A DNA stretch of 53,663 nucleotides, from positions 1 to 53,663 of the forward strand of contig CAIVDK010000150.1 of assembly GCA_903904655.1 (NCBI GenBank), in the 5' to 3' direction. A model generated the notes under the pieces. It saw only the letters and a program-made list of their open reading frames with translations. It ran no database searches and had not been told where the DNA came from. The translations under genes were made by a program, and so were the position numbers. This DNA comes from an uncultured delta proteobacterium (GTDB taxonomy: Bacteria; Desulfobacterota; Syntrophia; Syntrophales; Smithellaceae). The first letter of the stretch is position 1. Every line of letters begins with the position of its first letter. Below are positions 1 to 7,898 of this stretch, piece after piece.

Positions 1-834
1 CTGGTTAAACGCGACCGGGCTCCCTTTAAAGGACATTGGTGCCTCCCGACCGGCTTCGCGGAATCGGGGGAAAGCATTGAAGACGCCGCTTTACGCGAGT
101 TGCAGGAAGAAACAGGCCTCAAAGGACGGATAACCCGTTTGCTCGATGTTGATTCCTACAAAAGCCGCTTTTACGGCGATCTGCTTTTTCTGACTTTTGT
201 CGTGGAAAAATCCGGAGGGAAAATCTCGGCGGGCGATGACAGCGTCCAGGCAAGGTTCTGGCCGATTAACGAGATTCCGCCTCTGGCTTTTCGCTCCAAC
301 AGACGCGCGCTGGCAGCTTATATTAAAAGCAAGAAGGACTACTGGGCCATTCTGGACGCCATCGAATATCGGGATGACAAAGCACTCCCCGCACCTAAAT
401 CCGCTAATTCGATGACGCGACGTCTGATTACTGTCATCTTGAGAAACAGGGAAAAAATGATTGATCAGTGGATAGAAGAAATGACCACTAATCCTTCCAC
501 CGCTGAATATCGCAATTCAGAAAGCCGGGCGCTTTACAATATCTGTGATAAAATCATTTCGCAGATTACACTCTGGCTCGGCAATGTCTATGATGTCGAT
601 CGCATTAAGAATTTTTATATAAAACTGGGATTGGAAAGAAAAAAATCCGGCGTTAAAATCAGCGGCGTGCTGAGTGCGCTGAGCCTGATCCGCAAGCACA
701 TCTGGGATGTCGCCCTTGCCCAAGGCGCATTACAAAAGAACCTCGATCTTTACATGACCTTTGAATTGCAAAGGCGCATGACTATTTTTTTCGATCTGGC
801 TACTTTTTATATTACGCGCGGCTATGAAAAATAA
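1..834 (+). CDS. NUDIX hydrolase fused to a C-terminal helical sensor-like domain (5' end outside the window)
   Basis: Frame 1 is open from base 1. The translation LVKRDRAPFKGHWCLPTGFAESGESIEDAALRELQEETGL carries the Nudix box (GX5EX7REUXEEXGU). The last ~130 aa (MTRRLITVILRNREKMIDQWIEEM...) form a separate helical module reminiscent of RsbRD_N-type domains; that assignment is from memory and unverified. Confidence 0.7.
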   Translation: MVKRDRAPFKGHWCLPTGFAESGESIEDAALRELQEETGLKGRITRLLDVDSYKSRFYGDLLFLTFVVEKSGGKISAGDDSVQARFWPINEIPPLAFRSNRRALAAYIKSKKDYWAILDAIEYRDDKALPAPKSANSMTRRLITVILRNREKMIDQWIEEMTTNPSTAEYRNSESRALYNICDKIISQITLWLGNVYDVDRIKNFYIKLGLERKKSGVKISGVLSALSLIRKHIWDVALAQGALQKNLDLYMTFELQRRMTIFFDLATFYITRGYEK

Positions 835-926
835 TAAGATCGTCCTTTCGGTCAGTTCGCTGGTATTTTAACTTCTTCCGCTGAACGCATCGCCAAATTG
901 CACACCCCACTCCCCGACAAATTATA

Positions 927-955
927 TTGACAGGCAGGATTGCTTTACTTATACT
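927..955 (+). promoter_or_regulatory. Sigma70-like promoter candidate upstream of the hydrogenase operon
   Basis: TTGACA (927-932), exact 17-nt spacer, TATACT (950-955). A second weaker candidate has a perfect TATAAT at 1057-1062 but a poor -35. Confidence 0.45.
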
Positions 956-1103
956 GATTACCGGTACTGACGGTCAGTGAAAAAGAAATTTCTGATCAGG
1001 TGTTTACGGTGACTGATAATATTTTATTATTTCATTTTGAGGACAAAGAGATCCGCTATAATTTCGGATAAAACAATACAAGGAAACGGAAGGATATCTA
1101 TTA

Positions 1104-4100
1104 ATGATCACAGTAAATATTGACGGAAAGGACTGTGTGACAGCCAACGGCTTAACGATTATCGACGTTGCCCGTTCTCACGGAATCGATATTCCCTCTC
1201 TGGGATATGACCCGCGTGTGAGTCCCCCAAGTAATTTCGAAGCCGCGTTTATAGAAGTGACCGACGGCATCAAAACCCGATTTGCATCCGCGACGTCCAC
1301 GCCGGTTGAAGACGGCATGATCATCCGCACCCAATCCGAAGCTCTCCACAGCTATCGCAAGATTTACCTTCAGGCCCTCCTGCGCCATCATTGGGGCGAC
1401 TGTGTCGCGCCCTGCGTTTTACGCTGCCCGGCGCATATTGACATCCAGAAATATGTTTACCATGTCGATTCCGGCAATTTTCCGGAGGCGCTCGCAGTCA
1501 TCAAAGACAGCAATCCCCTCCCCGCTGTCTGCGGACGCGTCTGCCCCCATCCCTGCGAAACGGATTGCCGCCGCAACGCTCTGGACGGCGCCGTCAACAT
1601 CAACGGCATCAAACGCTTTGTCGCCGACTGGGACACGTTTCAATTGGAGCCTTATAAACCCGTGTGCCTGCCGGATACAGACCACAAGTTCGCCATCATC
1701 GGAGCGGGACCGGCGGGGCTTTCCGCCGCCTGGTTTTTGCGCCGTCTGGGTCATGCTGTCACTATCTTTGAAATGCAGGAAGCGGCAGGCGGCATGCTGC
1801 GCTGGGGCATCCCCTACTATCGCCTGCCCGAAAAAGATCTGGATGCTGAAATTAAATCCATTCTCGATCTGGGCGTCAATATCTCTTACAATAAGAAACT
1901 TGGACGGGATTTTACGCTGGAATCGCTCAAAAGAGACGGCTTTGAAGCTATTTTCCTGGGACTGGGCGCTCAAAAAGCGACGGTCATCGGCGCAAAAGGC
2001 GAAGATACCCAAGGTGTTATGACCGGTCTCGACTTTCTCGCCAAACTTGCGCGCGGCGAAAAACCTGAGCTGGGCCATCGTGTCATTGTCATCGGCGGCG
2101 GGAATACCGCCATGGATGCGGCGCGCAGCGCCGTACGACTGGGCGTCAAAGAGGTGATCGTCGCCTATCGCCGTACCCGTCAGGAAATGCCCGCGCAGGA
2201 TATCGAAATCGAAGAAGCCATCGAGGAAGGCGTCAACATGCAGTTTCTCACTGCCCCTGTTTCCATCGCGCTAGCGGGTAACGCTCTGCAAATGACTTGC
2301 GTGAGAATGGCTCTGGGCGAGCCGGACAAAAGTGGCAGGCGGCGTCCCGTGCCTCAGGAAGGTTCCGAATTCACACTCACCGCCTCAACAATTATTTCCG
2401 CCATCGGCCAGGCTGTGGACGGCTTTTGTATCGGTGATAAGACCTTAATTGATAAATGGGGCAACATCGTGGTGAATCCGCGAACAATGCAAACGGCCCT
2501 GCCCTGGGTTTTCTCCGGCGGCGACTGCGTCACCGGCCCGGACATCGCCATTGCCGCCATCGGCTCAGGTAAGCGCGCCGCAGAAGCGATGGATGAATTT
2601 GTGCGCACAGGCAATGTCACAACAAAGGACGATCCCTACACCTGCGCCAAAAGCAAATGGCAAGATCTACCACCGGAAACATTTAAGGGAATCAAGCCGG
2701 CTGAGCGCAGGGAAGTGCCGGTCCTGGAGCCCGAAGCCCGGAAAACAAATTTCAGCGAATCGTCCACAACCTGGGATCAGGAAACCGCCATGGCTGAGGC
2801 GTCCCGCTGCCTCGCCTGTGGCTGTACGGAAAGATATGACTGCGAGCTACGCAACTATGCCAGCGATTACGGCGTCGAGCACGATCAAACGCAACCGGCC
2901 AAGCCTCTACCCATTGACGAAAACCATCCCACCATTACACGGGATCCCGGCAAATGTATTTTGTGCGGCCTGTGCCTGAAAGTCTGCCGCGAAATGGAGG
3001 GTGTCTCGGCACTGAGTTTCTACGAAACCAATGATATTTTAACCATCGGCCCCAACGACCATCGCCCGCTGGATATGACCGTCTGCGTAGCCTGCGGCCA
3101 CTGCGCCATGGTCTGCCCCACCGGAGCGCTCACTCTGAAGCCCGCGCTGCCCGACGTTTACCGGGCGCTGAAAAATCCTGAACTGACGGTTGTCGCTCAA
3201 ATCGCTCCTGCCGTGCGCGCTGCTTTCGGCGAACAATACGGCATCCAGGGCAGCGATGTCATGCCGGTTTTAAGCGCCTGTTTGAAGCAACTGGGGTTTA
3301 ATTTTGTGTTTGATACCTGCTGGGCGGCCGATCTGACCATTATGGAAGAAGGAACGGAATTTCTGTCGCGCCTGGCCGAAGGCGGCATTTTACCACAAAT
3401 TACTTCCTGCTGTCCGGCCTGGGTCAATTACTGCGAAAAAATGGCGCCGGATATTTTGCCGCATCTGTCGTCCTGCAAATCGCCGCAGCAGATGTTCGGT
3501 GCGGTGATGAAACAATATTTCGCCAGAGAACTCAAAGTGCTGCCGGAACTGCTGTATTTTGTTTCGATTATGCCCTGTAACGCCAAAAAATATGAGGCTA
3601 TGCGCCCCGAGTTCAAAACCGATCATCTTCAGGAGGTAGACAAGGTCCTGACCACCTGGGATGTGATGACCATGCTGGGAGAAAAAAATATCGATCCGCG
3701 CAAGATTAAGCCGATGCCGGTGGATGCTTTCTTTGGAAAGGTGTCCGGCGCGGGGATTATTTTCGGCGCCAGCGGTGGCGTAGCCGAAGCAGCGCTCCGT
3801 CTCGCCGCGGAGCGCGTCATGGGCAAACGAATGGAAAGCTTCAACTATGAAGGCGTCCGCGGACTTCAGGGCGTCAAAGAAACAAACATTGCCCTGGGCG
3901 ACTCCCAGGTAAGACTGGCCGTGGTGAGCGGGTTGCAGAATGCACAAAAACTGATCGACCGGATGAGAGCGGGTGACGCCCCGTATGACTTGATTGAAGT
4001 GATGGCTTGTCCCGGCGGCTGCATCAACGGCTCAGGCAACCCCGCGCCGCTTTTGAAGAGCGACACGGAACAGCGCCTGGAAGTCCTCTATCGCCTGGAT

Positions 4101-4541
4101 CAGGAATCTTCAATCCGCACCAGTCAGGATAATCCTTCCGTTCAGGATATTTATACGAACTGGCTGGGTGAACCGGACAGCGAAACGTCGCATCATGCCC
4201 TGCATACAACCTACAAGCGCCGTTCCATGCGTCTGCAGGACATTAAGGAAGAAGAAGCACAACAAGATCTACCCGTGGTGGATGTCGGTGTGTGTATCGG
4301 CACCAATTGTTACATCAAGGGTTCCTGGAAACTGCTGGAAGGATTGTCCGCCGAATTAAGACGGCGGGGACTGGCGGACCGGTTCCGCGTTAAGGCCCGT
4401 TTTTGTACGGGACAGTGCGAAGGCGGACCCAATGTGGCTATCGGCAATAAAATCATTTCCGTTGATCATCTGGATCAGGCAGGGGCTTTCATCGATATCC
4501 ACCTGATGCCGCTGATCGGAGCGGAAGAAGCGGGAAAATAA
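1104..4541 (+). CDS. hydA: [FeFe]-hydrogenase catalytic subunit fused to a GltD-like NAD(P)H/FAD oxidoreductase module (1145 aa)
   Basis: H-cluster motifs are present: TSCCPAW, MPCNAKKYE and EVMACPGGCINGSG. Upstream are two CxxCxxCxxxC ferredoxin motifs (CILCGLCLKVC, CVACGHCAMVC). A GltD-type region has CGRVCPHPCETDC plus two dinucleotide folds (IIGAGPAGLSAA, VIGGGNTAMDAA). The C-terminus is a thioredoxin-like [2Fe-2S] module (CIGTNC...CTGQC). Confidence 0.85.
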   Translation: MITVNIDGKDCVTANGLTIIDVARSHGIDIPSLGYDPRVSPPSNFEAAFIEVTDGIKTRFASATSTPVEDGMIIRTQSEALHSYRKIYLQALLRHHWGDCVAPCVLRCPAHIDIQKYVYHVDSGNFPEALAVIKDSNPLPAVCGRVCPHPCETDCRRNALDGAVNINGIKRFVADWDTFQLEPYKPVCLPDTDHKFAIIGAGPAGLSAAWFLRRLGHAVTIFEMQEAAGGMLRWGIPYYRLPEKDLDAEIKSILDLGVNISYNKKLGRDFTLESLKRDGFEAIFLGLGAQKATVIGAKGEDTQGVMTGLDFLAKLARGEKPELGHRVIVIGGGNTAMDAARSAVRLGVKEVIVAYRRTRQEMPAQDIEIEEAIEEGVNMQFLTAPVSIALAGNALQMTCVRMALGEPDKSGRRRPVPQEGSEFTLTASTIISAIGQAVDGFCIGDKTLIDKWGNIVVNPRTMQTALPWVFSGGDCVTGPDIAIAAIGSGKRAAEAMDEFVRTGNVTTKDDPYTCAKSKWQDLPPETFKGIKPAERREVPVLEPEARKTNFSESSTTWDQETAMAEASRCLACGCTERYDCELRNYASDYGVEHDQTQPAKPLPIDENHPTITRDPGKCILCGLCLKVCREMEGVSALSFYETNDILTIGPNDHRPLDMTVCVACGHCAMVCPTGALTLKPALPDVYRALKNPELTVVAQIAPAVRAAFGEQYGIQGSDVMPVLSACLKQLGFNFVFDTCWAADLTIMEEGTEFLSRLAEGGILPQITSCCPAWVNYCEKMAPDILPHLSSCKSPQQMFGAVMKQYFARELKVLPELLYFVSIMPCNAKKYEAMRPEFKTDHLQEVDKVLTTWDVMTMLGEKNIDPRKIKPMPVDAFFGKVSGAGIIFGASGGVAEAALRLAAERVMGKRMESFNYEGVRGLQGVKETNIALGDSQVRLAVVSGLQNAQKLIDRMRAGDAPYDLIEVMACPGGCINGSGNPAPLLKSDTEQRLEVLYRLDQESSIRTSQDNPSVQDIYTNWLGEPDSETSHHALHTTYKRRSMRLQDIKEEEAQQDLPVVDVGVCIGTNCYIKGSWKLLEGLSAELRRRGLADRFRVKARFCTGQCEGGPNVAIGNKIISVDHLDQAGAFIDIHLMPLIGAEEAGK

Positions 4542-4542
4542 A

Positions 4543-4863
4543 ATGCTTTTAATAACCATTTGTGTCGGCAGTTCGTGCAGCTTGCGAGGCTCCGATGAAT
4601 TAGCCTCGGAATTATTCCGGCTGATCGAAAAGGAAAAACTCGAAGGATTGGTCGATATTGTCGGCGCTTTCTGCATGGACGCCTGCTCCAAAGGCGTTTC
4701 CGTGCGCGTGGGCGATCAGGAATTCAGCGGCATCCACCCTGAACAGGCGGAAGCCTTTTTCTACAGGGAAGTTGTTCCCCGGATTAAAACCAAACTCATG
4801 CCGCGCAACAACAATGATTCTCCGGCCACTCCGATTACGGAAAGGAAAGTTCATGATGAATGA
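4543..4863 (+). CDS. Small thioredoxin-like [2Fe-2S] ferredoxin (NuoE/HfsA-like)
   Basis: The ATG lies 1 nt after the hydA stop. The Cys pattern CVGSSC...CMDAC (Cx4C...Cx3C) is typical of the NuoE/HndA thioredoxin-like fold. Its size and position match the small first gene of hfs-type sensory hydrogenase clusters. Confidence 0.7.
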   Translation: MLLITICVGSSCSLRGSDELASELFRLIEKEKLEGLVDIVGAFCMDACSKGVSVRVGDQEFSGIHPEQAEAFFYREVVPRIKTKLMPRNNNDSPATPITERKVHDE

Positions 4864-6580
4864 ACCCGTCATTATCACCAACCCGGCCCGCTGCCGCGAC
4901 TGTTACCGTTGCGTGCGCCATTGCGACGTCAAAGCCATTCGCGTTCACGACGGCCAGGCCCAGGTGGTGCCTGAGTTGTGCATCGTTTGTGGGACCTGCA
5001 TCCGCACCTGCCCGCAAAAAGCCAAAGATGTTCACAGTGCAACCCCGGATGTTAAACAAGCGTTAGTAGAAGGACGGAAAGTCATCGCATCAGTTGCGCC
5101 GTCCGCACCCGCCTATTTCGGCTTCCATCATTTTTCTGAAATGGAAACGGCGCTCAAGCAATTGGGCTTTTATGCGGCAGAAGAAACCGCCGTCGGAGCC
5201 GAAATCGTCGGCCTCGCTCATCGCGATTATATGGAACAAATGCCGGATCGATGGCCTGTGATTGTATCCGCCTGCCCGGTGATCATTAATATCGTTGAGA
5301 AGTATTATCCTGATTTAATCCCTCATTTGGCGCCCATTGTCTCGCCGATGATCGCGCACGGCCGCCTGCTTGCCCAAAAATATGGGTACGGGGCTACCCC
5401 GTATATCGTTTTCATCGGTCCCTGTATTGCCAAGAAGATGGAAATACTCGACGCGTCGGAAACAGGCGCGGTTTCGGTGGCCATTACCTTTCGCGGTCTT
5501 GCCAACTGGTTTCAGGAAGCAGGTATCGTCTTTGAAAAAGCCGCAAACAGCACAGAACCATCATCCGCAGTAGATGCTCGGCTGTTTCCTATAGAAGGAG
5601 GCCTCATCGGCACGGCAGGCTTGAGCACGGATATGCTGAACAACTCACTGATCGTCGCCAGTGGTCTGGAAACCTGCCAGAATATTCTGAGCGATATCCG
5701 CGCCGGTCAGCTGAATGCATCGCTGGTGGAATTGATGGCGTGTACCGGCGGCTGCATTAACGGTCCGGCTATGGCCGATTTGCCCGGCGGCATCTATGCA
5801 GCGCGCCAGAAAATTATCGACTACCATCGAAATCGCCCGGCTTATGCCCCTGTTTCCCGCGAAAATAGGCCTGATCTATCCCGCACTTATGTCGACAAAA
5901 AAGTGCCTATCCCGGAATTCAGCGAAGAACAGATTAAGGACGTACTTCATCGCGTCAACAAATATACACCGGATGACGAACTCAATTGCGGCGCCTGCGG
6001 TTATTCCAGCTGTCGTGAAAAAGCTATCGCCACCCTGCGCGGGATGGCGGAAGTCACCATGTGCATTCCCTATATGCGCCAACGTTCTGAATCTCTGCGT
6101 CAGGTCGTCATGGATGTGTCTCCAAATTCCATTATGATTGTTGATGAGCACCTTGGCATTCAGGATATGTCTCCCTCGGCGGAACAACTCTTTGGTTGCT
6201 TGCTCGCAGACGTCAAGGGCAAACACGTCTCCCGGCTGATTCCGCTTTATGACGACTTCATCGCCGTACGGGACACCGGAACGCCCATCATTGGGAAAGT
6301 CCGGCGTCTCAATGATCATCTCGTCGCAGAGCAAAACATTGTCCGGGTGGAAGGGCAATCGCTTTTAGTGGCCATTATGCGCGACATTACCGAGCATGAA
6401 ACGGAAAAACAGAAATTCCATCAACTGCGGGCGCAAACACTGGAACAGACACGGGAAGTGGTGCGAAAACAAATGCGGGTGGCCCATGAGATCGCCCATC
6501 TTTTGGGCGAAACCACAGCGGAAAGTAAAATGATTGTCACGCATCTGGCAAAGATTCTGGAAGAGGAAGAATCAAAGTGA
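4853..6580 (+). CDS. hydS: Sensory [FeFe]-hydrogenase-like protein with C-terminal PAS domain (HydS/HfsB type, group C)
   Basis: I start at ATG 4853 (AAAGGAAAG just upstream, MMNEPVIITNP), not at 4658. There are two N-terminal CxxCxxCxxxC motifs. The H-domain has altered motifs SACPV, GPCIAKKME and ELMACTGGCINGP. An extra Cx2Cx4Cx16C motif (CGACGYSSC...C) follows, then a PAS-like region and a coiled-coil tail. Confidence 0.8.
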   Translation: MMNEPVIITNPARCRDCYRCVRHCDVKAIRVHDGQAQVVPELCIVCGTCIRTCPQKAKDVHSATPDVKQALVEGRKVIASVAPSAPAYFGFHHFSEMETALKQLGFYAAEETAVGAEIVGLAHRDYMEQMPDRWPVIVSACPVIINIVEKYYPDLIPHLAPIVSPMIAHGRLLAQKYGYGATPYIVFIGPCIAKKMEILDASETGAVSVAITFRGLANWFQEAGIVFEKAANSTEPSSAVDARLFPIEGGLIGTAGLSTDMLNNSLIVASGLETCQNILSDIRAGQLNASLVELMACTGGCINGPAMADLPGGIYAARQKIIDYHRNRPAYAPVSRENRPDLSRTYVDKKVPIPEFSEEQIKDVLHRVNKYTPDDELNCGACGYSSCREKAIATLRGMAEVTMCIPYMRQRSESLRQVVMDVSPNSIMIVDEHLGIQDMSPSAEQLFGCLLADVKGKHVSRLIPLYDDFIAVRDTGTPIIGKVRRLNDHLVAEQNIVRVEGQSLLVAIMRDITEHETEKQKFHQLRAQTLEQTREVVRKQMRVAHEIAHLLGETTAESKMIVTHLAKILEEEESK

Positions 6581-7752
6581 GACAGCTTGTCGAATGCAAC
6601 TGGACCAGTCTGAATAAAGCCGGTGAGGAACTCTGCGGCGACTCGGTCATGATCCGTACGAAACCGGATTCGTTTGTGGCCGTTTTATCCGATGGTCTGG
6701 GCAGCGGCGTTAAAGCCAGTATTCTGTCGTCACTCACCGCCGAAATCGCCGCACGGATGTTTGAATCCGACGGAACGGTGGAAGACGTCATGCAGACGCT
6801 GGTCGAAACGCTTCCGGAATGCTCTGTCCGAAAGCTGGCCTATGCCACTTTTGCCGTTTTAATTGTTTATCACGGACGCGACGCTCATCTCGTCCTCTTT
6901 GATTCCCCACCTTTGATTCTCATTCGCGACAATGCAATCTTCACTCTGCCGCTCGAAGAACGTCAGGTTAAAGACAGAATCATCATGGAAGCACATTTTG
7001 AGTTGATGGAAAACGACTACATGGTTCTAATCAGCGACGGCTACACGCATGCTGGACTGGGCGGCATCTACCGCATGGGCTGGGGATGGAAAAATGTGGC
7101 CACCGCCGTGCAACGCTTCGTGCAAACCGGCGTGGATACCGTGAAACTGACCGAAGCGCTGTCCAAAACCTGCATGAAGCTTTACAGTGACAAACCGGGG
7201 GATGATTCCACCGTCATCTGCATGAAAGTGCGTCCCGCTATTTCCGTTTGCGTGCTGACCGGGCCGCCCACCAACAAGGACATGGACGAATTTGCGGTTT
7301 CCCGCCTGATGGCTGCCGAAGGGGATAAAATTATCTGCGGCGGTAGCACGGCTCAGATGGCGGCCCGCGTCCTTAACGAAAAACTGGATGTGGAATGGGT
7401 TCCTCCGTGGAAGCGAACCAGTGAAGAACCTAAGAAAAAAGGTTCGCCGCCCACCGCCTCCTTGAAAGGCATTAACCTGGTGACGGAAGGCATCTTAACC
7501 ATTGGCCAGGCCCTCGAGATTATGCGCGGCGCCAAGACCATTCATGATCTGCCCAAAGACAACGACGCCGCAACAAGACTGGCCCGCTACTTTATGGCGG
7601 CGGACGATATTCACCTGATTGTGGGAACAGCCATCAACCCTAATCAGGTCGCCGATCTTATCCGAGGTGAACCGATGAGAATGGTTTATATCCGGGAACT
7701 GGTATCCGACCTCAACGCCAGAAACAAGATTGTGACGGTGGAAAGGGTTTGA
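6577..7752 (+). CDS. PP2C/SpoIIE-family serine phosphatase with an uncharacterised C-terminal domain
   Basis: The GTG start overlaps the hydS stop (GTGA). The sequence GDSVMIRTKPDSFVAVLSDGLGSGVKASILSS ... LISDGYTHAG ... GDDSTVICMKV gives the SpoIIE/PP2C metal-binding Asp signature. The ~170-aa C-terminal half is of unknown family. Confidence 0.8.
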   Translation: MRQLVECNWTSLNKAGEELCGDSVMIRTKPDSFVAVLSDGLGSGVKASILSSLTAEIAARMFESDGTVEDVMQTLVETLPECSVRKLAYATFAVLIVYHGRDAHLVLFDSPPLILIRDNAIFTLPLEERQVKDRIIMEAHFELMENDYMVLISDGYTHAGLGGIYRMGWGWKNVATAVQRFVQTGVDTVKLTEALSKTCMKLYSDKPGDDSTVICMKVRPAISVCVLTGPPTNKDMDEFAVSRLMAAEGDKIICGGSTAQMAARVLNEKLDVEWVPPWKRTSEEPKKKGSPPTASLKGINLVTEGILTIGQALEIMRGAKTIHDLPKDNDAATRLARYFMAADDIHLIVGTAINPNQVADLIRGEPMRMVYIRELVSDLNARNKIVTVERV

Positions 7753-7898
7753 AAAGGTGGAGGGAATTGAACAAATAGCATAACTATTTTTTATAATGAC
7801 ATAATTAGCTATTCGATTTTTTTACATACCCCCAAATATACCCCCATATTGCATATTCCGCTGCTGATGAATTGATTTTTAAAACTGTACGGATAGTT

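Noticed and set aside
1419-2078. Long antisense or alternative-frame ORFs inside well-supported genes. Examples are 1419-2078(-), 3390-3947(-), 5876-6358(-), 17469-18020(+), 45422-45982(-) and 53053-53601(+).
   Set aside because: Their translations are low-complexity (Arg/Ala/Ser/Pro-rich) with no recognisable motifs. They lie entirely within genes whose products have strong family signatures. They are shadow ORFs, typical of moderately GC-rich DNA.
4658-4852. An N-terminal 65-aa extension of the HydS ORF, as given in the ORF track.
   Set aside because: It overlaps the upstream thioredoxin-like gene in another frame and its sequence is compositionally odd (MSALSAWTPAPKAFPCAWAIRNS...). A purine-rich RBS plus ATG occurs at 4853, right where homology to hydrogenase N-termini begins.
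7756-7772. The possibility that GGTGGAGGGAATTGAAC marks a genuine tRNA gene on the minus strand.
   Set aside because: Only a T-loop-like segment and 7 nt of acceptor-like sequence are present, and no D or anticodon arm can be folded from the adjacent PP2C coding sequence. I interpret it as a decayed att/tmRNA-end relic instead.
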